A stretch of 12,758 nucleotides of DNA from Promethearchaeia archaeon. GTDB taxonomy: Archaea; Asgardarchaeota; Lokiarchaeia; Sigyniarchaeales; SOKP01. The translations under genes and the position numbers were made by a program. Below are positions 1-6,370 of the stretch, one piece after another. The notes beneath the pieces were generated by a model, which had not been told where the DNA came from, ran no database searches, and was given only the letters and a program-made list of their open reading frames with translations. How positions within the stretch are numbered: the first letter of the stretch is position 1; each line of letters starts with the position of its first letter. The stretch spans positions 1-12,758 of the forward strand of contig JAWOCD010000125.1 of NCBI GenBank assembly GCA_046483985.1. Reading direction: 5' to 3'.

Positions 1-60
1 ATATAAAGTTGCTTAAAATTTCTCTATTTTGCTAAGCAAAAATCGTTTTAACGCAGAAGT

Positions 61-228
61 TTACTGATCTTTTTTTTGTTTTTTCAAAAATTGAGCCGCA
101 CGGTATAAATGCAACTCAAAAAGCATCTCATCTTGGGGAAATTCCTCCCGCAATTCTTTTACCAAATCCTCTTTTTCTTGATCCGGCAAATGCAATTCTT
201 TTAAGATAGTGTCAACATCATATAGCAT
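61..228 (-). CDS. Small 55-aa protein (MLYDVDTILKELHLPDQEKEDLVKELREEFPQDEMLFELHLYRAAQFLKKQKKDQ), probable partner/antitoxin of the upstream PIN gene
   Basis: Translated by hand and absent from the ORF track. ATG at 228 is preceded by a strong GAGGTGA RBS that overlaps the stop of the PIN pseudogene (TAGAGGTGATAATATG); TAA at 63-61. The antitoxin role is inferred from position and size. Confidence 0.8.
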   Translation of the reverse strand: MLYDVDTILKELHLPDQEKEDLVKELREEFPQDEMLFELHLYRAAQFLKKQKKDQ

Positions 229-238
229 ATTATCACCT

Positions 239-507
239 CTATAATTGAGGAGGGGCTAGAATTTCTATTGATTTATATCCTTCTTTTAAGTTAATCAAGT
301 TTACACCTAAACGAGTTTTTCTTTTAACTAAATGTTTAAAATTCCAACTTATTAAGATATCCAATGTATGAACTGTCGTTAAAGCAATTAGTAGAGCATC
401 ATTTTCATGCTTTTTAGGAATTAAACCTTCTTTAATGATTTATTCGTTAAACTCTTATCTTCTTGGTTTATTTCAACCTTTCTTCCCTTTTTCAAGAGTT
501 TTTGCAT
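239..507 (-). pseudogene. PIN-domain (VapC-like) ribonuclease toxin, 5'-truncated and frameshifted
   Basis: 436->239 reads IKEGLIPKKHENDALLIALTTVHTLDILISWNFKHLVKRKTRLGVNLINLKEGYKSIEILAPPQL*, carrying the DALxIA and SWNFKHxV motifs of this PIN subfamily. 507->439 reads MQKLLKKGRKVEINQEDKSLTNK in another frame. The two join through AAT AAA TC ATT, where a 1-nt loss is likely (NKY/IKEG). The N-terminal 'YLDTS' segment is absent. Confidence 0.85.
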
Positions 508-579
508 TTTTCTTTTTAACGTTGTTAAGATGCTCTGCTGATATCAGAGCAAACAAAGAGAATTAGAGTATTCAGATTA

Positions 580-610
580 GTTGAACTACTCACGCCTAAA
601 GGCGTGGGAG
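580..610. mobile_element. Probable IS200/IS605-family end remnant (subterminal hairpin)
   Basis: GTTGAACTACTCACGCCTAAAGGCGTGGGAG is a GC-rich stem (CACGCC/GGCGTG, TAAA loop, extendable by T-G and C-G) in an AT-rich background. It resembles the AACTACCC..CCTAAAGG..GGG end motif I recall for IS605/TnpB/IscB-type elements. No transposase is present in the window. Confidence 0.55.
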
Positions 611-619
611 ATAATTAAT

Positions 620-958
620 CTAAGATGTTATGATATTAATTAACTTATTAATTACTTCATCCATTTTCGTCTTTTTTATTCTCCCTATTGAACGAATAAT
701 GATCCGAACGTCGGCGGTAAAAATACGATTAGGACGAATATAACTTTTTGACTTATTTAGGGTGCCCTTCTTAAAATCTTTTTGAAAAAGAGGTATTGAA
801 TAATTATCCGATCTGCTTTTGCTTGTTATTTGACATAGAATGAGATCAAAACCTTTCAAGTCCTTTATTACTAAAGCAGGTCTTTTTTTATTAGTGCGGG
901 ATAGATCAGAAAAAGGAAAAGGAACTACGACGACATCGCCTTTTATAAGTCTTGCCAT
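620..958 (-). CDS. mazF: Type II toxin, PemK/MazF family endoribonuclease
   Basis: N-terminal KGDVVVVPFPFSD...KKRPALVI motif, then ILCQITS and SYIRPNRIFT; 112 aa. Confidence 0.92.
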   Translation of the reverse strand: MARLIKGDVVVVPFPFSDLSRTNKKRPALVIKDLKGFDLILCQITSKSRSDNYSIPLFQKDFKKGTLNKSKSYIRPNRIFTADVRIIIRSIGRIKKTKMDEVINKLINIITS

Positions 959-1113
959 GCCTTATCTTCCTCTGGACTTAGCCAATCCTTCTTAAGACTG
1001 GATTCACTCATCATTGAGTTTTCCATATTTTCTAAAAAAGTTTTGGCTTTAGCATATGAAGAAGCTTTTTTTTCTTTGTTTTCCCTATCTTCTTTGGAGA
1101 ACAATCTTTTCAT
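943..1113 (-). CDS. Cognate antitoxin of the MazF/PemK toxin (56 aa, start revised from 1251 to 1113)
   Basis: C-terminal SESSLKKDWLSPEEDKAWQDL motif typical of small antitoxins upstream of PemK toxins. A GGAGGT RBS precedes ATG 1113, and the gene overlaps the toxin start by 16 nt. Confidence 0.8.
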   Translation of the reverse strand: MKRLFSKEDRENKEKKASSYAKAKTFLENMENSMMSESSLKKDWLSPEEDKAWQDL

Positions 1114-1524
1114 TTTTTTAAGACCTCCGATAGTTAGACAATAGTTTTTAATTACACTATAAATATCTTCTTTCTTTTTAATAAATTTATCGATTTTTAT
1201 CAATAATTTCCATTTGAAGCTTAGTGAAAATCGAATGAGTTTTTGGATCATAAGGTAAAATCAGCAGCGAAAAAAGATGAGATTTCCACTAAAAAAGATG
1301 CTCACAAAAATCGCATAAGTGTAGAAGACTCCAGAACAGGAAAGATATTTTTCTTAGAGATTAAAGATTCCTACACGGTTAGAGAAATATAGCCTAACTT
1401 CTCCAAGTTTAAATCCAAGAAATAATTGGATTCCATAATATCCGAAAGGGTCAGAAAGGATAAAAACTGCTTATATTCTTGATTGTGGATTAGGATCAAA
1501 AAATTTGGGATTTGGGTTTGATAT

Positions 1525-2061
1525 TTAGGAAAGTGTGGGTTCTGATGTCTTTTCTATGTTTCTTTTAATCTTATTTTTTAAGGATCTGTACAAAAAAATC
1601 GGGATCGTAAAAAGAATAAAAATCATCACTAATCCTAGTATTAATGAAAAGAAAGCATATATAGAAGATCCTGACCAGAGAATAGTTATATATCCAAAAT
1701 AAAAAAAACCAAAATATCTCAAGACATTAGAAATGATCAGCAACAATAATACGATATTAATCCATTTTTTGATATTTGTAAGATTGTTATCTATTCCTTT
1801 TGTAATTTCCGAATGGATTTTAAAATTAATACCCAGGGGAACAGAAAGAAATATAAGACTTTCAATAAGAACCCCAGCAATGAGATTTCCGATAAGATAT
1901 CCTAAAAAAAAAGAGCAATAAAAGATACCCATAAATATAGCAGATAATATGCTAGGTAGCCGAACAGGTAAGAAGAAGAGCAGAGAAAATACATTACCCA
2001 ATGCCAGATAGGGAAAAGCTTTCAGATTTTGATTTTTTATTTCTTCAATATTTCCCATCAT
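1525..2061 (-). CDS. Hypothetical integral membrane protein (about 4-5 hydrophobic segments)
   Basis: 178-aa ORF with long hydrophobic stretches and a basic C-terminal tail; TATA-like TTTATATA upstream at 2133-2126. No family recognised. Confidence 0.65.
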   Translation of the reverse strand: MMGNIEEIKNQNLKAFPYLALGNVFSLLFFLPVRLPSILSAIFMGIFYCSFFLGYLIGNLIAGVLIESLIFLSVPLGINFKIHSEITKGIDNNLTNIKKWINIVLLLLIISNVLRYFGFFYFGYITILWSGSSIYAFFSLILGLVMIFILFTIPIFLYRSLKNKIKRNIEKTSEPTLS

Positions 2062-2125
2062 AATTATTCTTTCGGTAAATAATAAATATATTTCTAGATC
2101 TTTATCTAAATTTTCTCATTCATAA

Positions 2126-2133
2126 TATATAAA
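2126..2133 (-). promoter_or_regulatory. Putative archaeal TATA box for the membrane-protein gene
   Basis: The minus strand reads TTTATATA about 65 nt upstream of ATG 2061. Confidence 0.4.
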
Positions 2134-2212
2134 TACTTCTCTCACCATTTATTAAAATTCATTAAAGTTGATTAGATTTGTATAATCCATACTGAGTAAA
2201 ATTACTGGATAG

Positions 2213-2779
2213 TGCTGGAACAAAAATATTAAAAATATCGAAAATAAACATATTAATCCGAGAGAAATTCCTATTTTTGTAAGCATTTCATCGCCTCCGT
2301 ACTTAGAAGATATTAATGAGACCGTGAGCAAAATTTACGATTTAATAGATTCCCTAAATATAAGAACTATACTTTTAAAAGAAAAACATTTGGCATCACC
2401 GCGCTTTCACATTTAAAAGGATATATCCATATAAGTAAAGCCATCCAAACATCATACGGCGGCATAGTGGTTGGATTTCCAAGAGATTATTATAAGGATG
2501 ATAAACGGGAATTTTACGAGCCCACTTTATGGAATCATATAGAAGGTGCCATGATGTATCTCTCAGAAAAAACCATGCTGGTGATTCGGGATGTCAATAT
2601 TAAGAACGATAATGGTATATCGAGTATTGGGGATAAGATTATTTTACGGAAATCCATCAATAGAAGATTTCATCAACAAATCCGAAGAATTTAGTCAAAA
2701 ATTGAAAGAAACCTGTAAAGAACCAATGGAAGTTAAAGAATCATTTATGAAATTATTTTGTTACAGTTCCTTTTATTAG
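2213..2779 (+). pseudogene. Frameshifted TIR-like / nucleoside-2-deoxyribosyltransferase-like domain protein
   Basis: Three frames join into one protein. 2213-~2390 gives ...REIPIFVSISSPPYLEDINETVSKIYDLIDSLNIRTILLKEKH. ~2389-~2645 gives FGITALSHLKGYIHISKAIQTSYGGIVVGFPRD...YEPTLWNHIEGAMMYLSEKTMLVIRDVNIKNDNGI. ~2645-2779 gives YGNPSIEDFINKSEEFSQKLKE... The IFVS / GGIVVGF / WNHIEGAM / MLVIRD pattern fits the TIR/NDT beta-alpha layout. This explains track ORFs 2467..2694 and 2591..2779. Confidence 0.65.
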
Positions 2780-3355
2780 AAAGTTCAAGACATTATCTAT
2801 CAATTCCTCTTCAGAAATTTTTTTATCTGAATTGATCCACCACACAAAACTCTCAAGAATAACTGTTTGCCAAATATGAGAAGTTAAATCCGTATTTTGA
2901 TCCCGTATAAATCCAATTTCTAAAAGCCTAGAAATCATCTCATAAATTTCCTTTTTAAAAGAAGTTAATAATTCTCTTTTTTTTCTCAGATATTTGGGAC
3001 TAATACCACCCATTTGTTCGGCAAATAAGAGAGCTGCTTTGGTTTTTTCTTTATCACTGAAAATATTTAAATATTCTCTAATAAGATTTCTTAGGTTTGA
3101 TGTTCTAGGAATTTTATTCAATTTTGAAACTTCTCGCAGTCTTACAAGTAAAATTTCATATAAACTCTCGATAATTTCATCAAATAGTTGTTCCTTATTT
3201 TTAAAATAATGATAAAAATTACCGACAGATGTATTTGCATTATCGGTGATATCCTTGATCCTAGTATCAGGGAATCCTTTTTCATAAAAGACAGAAATGG
3301 CACTTGAGATTAGATTTTTTCTCATTTCCTTCCTTTGTTTTTCAAACCTATTCAT
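2753..3355 (-). CDS. TetR/AcrR family transcriptional regulator
   Basis: N-terminal HTH signature LISSAISVFYEKGFPDTRIKDITDNANTSVGNFYHYFKNKEQLF; 200 aa; divergent from the catabolic cluster. Confidence 0.95.
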   Translation of the reverse strand: MNRFEKQRKEMRKNLISSAISVFYEKGFPDTRIKDITDNANTSVGNFYHYFKNKEQLFDEIIESLYEILLVRLREVSKLNKIPRTSNLRNLIREYLNIFSDKEKTKAALLFAEQMGGISPKYLRKKRELLTSFKKEIYEMISRLLEIGFIRDQNTDLTSHIWQTVILESFVWWINSDKKISEEELIDNVLNFLIKGTVTK

Positions 3356-3425
3356 TTAATCATCAAATTTTGTATATGTTAGTTTAAAATACAATTTTTA
3401 AAATTCCTACCAATTTGTGATAACA

Positions 3426-3433
3426 TTTATATA
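3426..3433 (+). promoter_or_regulatory. Putative archaeal TATA box of the SCP2-ADC-oxidoreductase operon
   Basis: TTTATATA lies immediately upstream of the operator array; the expected start site about 25 nt downstream would fall within the operators. Confidence 0.55.
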
Positions 3434-3438
3434 CTAGT

Positions 3439-3496
3439 TTATTGAATGATCATTTAATGAATGAATGTTCAATCAATGAATGAATGTTCAATCAAT
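3439..3496. promoter_or_regulatory. Tandem TetR operator array, 19-bp period (two exact copies plus one degenerate)
   Basis: AATGAATGAATGTTCAATC is repeated exactly at 3456-3474 and 3475-3493. The core TGAATGAATGTTCAATCA (3458, 3477) matches its reverse complement at 14/18 positions. A degenerate copy, TTATTGAATGATCATTTA, sits at 3439, exactly one period upstream. Confidence 0.75.
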
Positions 3497-3593
3497 AATA
3501 TATGTCAATAATTGGATATCCATATTAAATATATGGGTTTTCAAGGGAACAAACAAAAAAAACAAAATAAATAACTAAAAAATGTGATTTAAT

Positions 3594-4049
3594 ATGGTAA
3601 AATTTGAAGAATTAAAAGAAGATGGGAAAAAATTCGCCTCAAGTTTTTGTCAAGCTTTAAATGAAAATGAGGATTATGAAGAAGCCGGAAAAGGTTGGAA
3701 AGGAGCATTACTCATGGAAATGAAAGCATGTGGTGAAGTTGAAGATGACGTTCGAGCATTTATGGATCTTGAAGACGGAAAGTGCAGAGAAATAAAGTTA
3801 TTGGGACCAGAGGAAGATCTTCCAGAAGAACCCGTAATGAAAATAACGGGCAAAATGGATTTATGGAGAGAATTGGCATTTCAGAGAAAAGATCCAATTC
3901 AATGTTTAATGACTGGATTATTAGAACTTGACGGAGACATGGCGCTAGCAATGAAATATTCACGAGCGGCATTAGAATTAGCTAATACGGCTGAAAATAC
4001 GGATAGGACATTATTAACTAAATTTGATTTAGGAGATGGAGAGGAATGA
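3594..4049 (+). CDS. SCP2 sterol/lipid-binding domain protein (acidic)
   Basis: FCQALNENEDYEEAGKGWKG, FMDLEDGKCRE and DPIQCLMTGLLELDGDMALAMKY match the archaeal-type SCP2 pattern. Confidence 0.85.
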   Translation: MVKFEELKEDGKKFASSFCQALNENEDYEEAGKGWKGALLMEMKACGEVEDDVRAFMDLEDGKCREIKLLGPEEDLPEEPVMKITGKMDLWRELAFQRKDPIQCLMTGLLELDGDMALAMKYSRAALELANTAENTDRTLLTKFDLGDGEE

Positions 4050-4064
4050 TGGTGAGAGTTAAAA

Positions 4065-4802
4065 ATGAGTGATTATGAACAACAGATAGATTATTCCATG
4101 CCACGTCAGTGTGGACTTTATCCTCCTCCACCCTATATTTACCCTAACATGCGTGCAATCTTGGTTATAGTTCAATGTAAGCCGGAAATTAAAAGGAAAT
4201 ACTTACCTCCTGAATTTGAACCAATAGAATATGGTCTCGATCTCGTGTTTATCACAGAATATCCTGAGTCTAATCTTGGACCCTATAATGAAAGCTTGAT
4301 CATGTTAAACTGTAATTATAAGGGAAATCCAGGTGCTTTTGTGTTCAACATCTATGTAGATTCAGAAGAGGCACTCACGGCTGGAAGGGAAGTATATGGC
4401 TATCCCAAGAAGATGTGTGACATCAGACTATCTGAAATTCAAGACAATAAGGTAAACGGATCATTGACGAGAAAGGGAAAAACATTCTTAAAGGTAGAGG
4501 TAGAACTGACGAAGAGAGCTCCGGGCATGGATCCCAGCGATATGATCGCAAACATGCCTTTATATAACTTAAAACTGATTCCAGATGTTGCTGATAATTC
4601 GAAACCTATGGTCCGCCAACTGACATCAACTACTTTATCATGGGATGTAAAGAAGCAAATAGGTGCTGATACAAGTTACCTTAAAACGGAATATTCTAAA
4701 TACGATATTTGCCACAAAGTCTTAAAAGATGCCCGCATAAATATGGGCGCGCTTTATGTAGAATGTGATCAGACGCTTCCGAATGGAAAGGTCTTGAAAT
4801 AA
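4065..4802 (+). CDS. Acetoacetate decarboxylase (ADC)-family protein
   Basis: PPPPYIY, LGPYNES and YVDSEEALTAGREVYGYPKKM with the Schiff-base Lys-Lys motif (4407-4412), plus NLKLIPDV...VRQLT; GGTGA RBS upstream. Confidence 0.92.
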   Translation: MSDYEQQIDYSMPRQCGLYPPPPYIYPNMRAILVIVQCKPEIKRKYLPPEFEPIEYGLDLVFITEYPESNLGPYNESLIMLNCNYKGNPGAFVFNIYVDSEEALTAGREVYGYPKKMCDIRLSEIQDNKVNGSLTRKGKTFLKVEVELTKRAPGMDPSDMIANMPLYNLKLIPDVADNSKPMVRQLTSTTLSWDVKKQIGADTSYLKTEYSKYDICHKVLKDARINMGALYVECDQTLPNGKVLK

Positions 4803-4840
4803 GTTAAGATCATTATTATAAAATAAAAATAAAAACAGAT

Positions 4841-6361
4841 TTGAAAAAAATGAACGCTATTCAAAATGCTTTTGGTAAAATAGAAGATATTGTTGGAACA
4901 AAATATGTATCCACCGCAGAACCCATCCTTTATTCCTATTCAATGAATTGCGATTCAGTAATGCAAGGCTTTCCAGATATTGTCGTTCGACCAAGTTCTG
5001 TCGAATCTATCTCTCAAATCATGAAAATTGCGAATGATTTAAACATCAAAGTAATCCCCCGGGGAGGGGGGGCAGATTTAACAGGCGGAGCAAAACCAAT
5101 TGGAGATGGAGGAATTGTAATTGATTTAACCAGAATGGATAAAATATTGGATATTGATGAAAGAAATCGCATTGTAACAGTAGAAACGGGAATTTCGTGG
5201 AGTCAATTATGTAATGCACTGAAAGATGTGGGTAGAGGTTTTTATACCGGTTCAACGGGGCCAGCTTCTGGATTTTCCGCAACTGTTGGGGGAGGGCTTT
5301 CTAACAACTCTCTTGGAGGTGGTGGGGCGGCAATGTACGGTAATGTTACAGAACAATGTGTCGGGCTTGAAGTTGTACTTCCTACGGGTGAGATAATATA
5401 TACCGGAGCTAAAGCAAATTCATTTTGTGACAAGCCATTTACCAGATATGGGTTAGGTCCCGATTATTCAGGATTATTTCTTGGTGATGTAGGAATTCAT
5501 GGTATAAAAACTAAAGCTTCATTAAAACTATATCCAATTCCGGAATATGCTGCTTATAGTACTTATGAGATTAATGGTTCTGAAAAAGAATCAGAAGCTG
5601 AAATAGCCACAAGTGTAATGACAAAATGGCAGCACAATGAGTTACCCCTTCATGATTTTTTCTATTACACTAAAGGGTATACAAAAATGTTAACAATGTT
5701 TGGAGTTAAAAAAGGTTTAGTTAATGCGGGAGTTGAGGGCAGTGTGTTATTCTATACAACCGTCGCAGATAGCCAAAAAGAATTGGATTATAATGTAGAA
5801 CGAATCGAAAAAATCGCTAAAGATGCTGAAATAAGGAAATTAGGTCCGACAATAGAAGAGGGTAATTTGGGAAAGTGGTTTTATGAAGAAGATGGTCGAT
5901 GGCAATGGGCAAATATTTATTGGGGATTATTGGGTCCGCAAGGCACCTCATTAGGAACTTGTTTAAAATGTCCGACTTATCACTTGCCAGATTATGTAAA
6001 ACTCTATGAAGATTTTGCCAACTCCCATACTAAAAAGATGCTTAAAGTGGGTGGTGGAGGCACTAATTTCATTGTACTTGGTATCCACCCGTGTTATATT
6101 GACGTAACGGGAGGAATCATGCTTCATACCAGTAAAAAGGACAGGGAAATGCAATATGAATTGTGGAAAGAACTGCTTATTGCTCAAATAAAGGAATTAG
6201 GAGGTATCCATTATTGGATGGGAGAAATAATTGGAAGATCTTTGGTTGATTCTGGTGCTTTAACACCTGAATATTATGATTTTATGATTTCAGTAAAAAA
6301 AGCCCTCGATCCCAAGAAAATCCTTAGTCCCGGTAAATTCTATTTAGGAGAAAGATATTAG
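4841..6361 (+). CDS. FAD-binding oxidoreductase (VAO/PCMH fold; GlcD/D-lactate dehydrogenase/ADHAP-synthase superfamily)
   Basis: PDIVVRP, PRGGGADLTGG, ATVGGGLSNN, GLEVVLPTGEI, LFLGDVGIHGIKT and C-terminal KKALDPKKILSPGK. The start is TTG 4841 or ATG 4850. Confidence 0.93.
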   Translation: MKKMNAIQNAFGKIEDIVGTKYVSTAEPILYSYSMNCDSVMQGFPDIVVRPSSVESISQIMKIANDLNIKVIPRGGGADLTGGAKPIGDGGIVIDLTRMDKILDIDERNRIVTVETGISWSQLCNALKDVGRGFYTGSTGPASGFSATVGGGLSNNSLGGGGAAMYGNVTEQCVGLEVVLPTGEIIYTGAKANSFCDKPFTRYGLGPDYSGLFLGDVGIHGIKTKASLKLYPIPEYAAYSTYEINGSEKESEAEIATSVMTKWQHNELPLHDFFYYTKGYTKMLTMFGVKKGLVNAGVEGSVLFYTTVADSQKELDYNVERIEKIAKDAEIRKLGPTIEEGNLGKWFYEEDGRWQWANIYWGLLGPQGTSLGTCLKCPTYHLPDYVKLYEDFANSHTKKMLKVGGGGTNFIVLGIHPCYIDVTGGIMLHTSKKDREMQYELWKELLIAQIKELGGIHYWMGEIIGRSLVDSGALTPEYYDFMISVKKALDPKKILSPGKFYLGERY

Positions 6362-6370
6362 GTGAAAAAA

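Noticed and set aside
1114-1251. N-terminal extension of the 102-aa ORF 943..1251
   Set aside because: The extension is AT-rich and promoter-like. A GGAGGT RBS points to ATG 1113, which gives a typical antitoxin size.
2467-2779. Two independent small genes (75 aa and 62 aa)
   Set aside because: They are better explained as frameshifted pieces of one TIR/NDT-like pseudogene.
3456-3496. CRISPR array or replication iterons
   Set aside because: The repeats abut with no spacers, there are no cas or rep genes, and the palindromic form and position fit TetR operators.
5056-5072. C5/G4/G7 tract as a phase-variation site or G-quadruplex
   Set aside because: It encodes the conserved PRGGG FAD-binding loop in an intact frame, and it has too few G-runs for a quadruplex.
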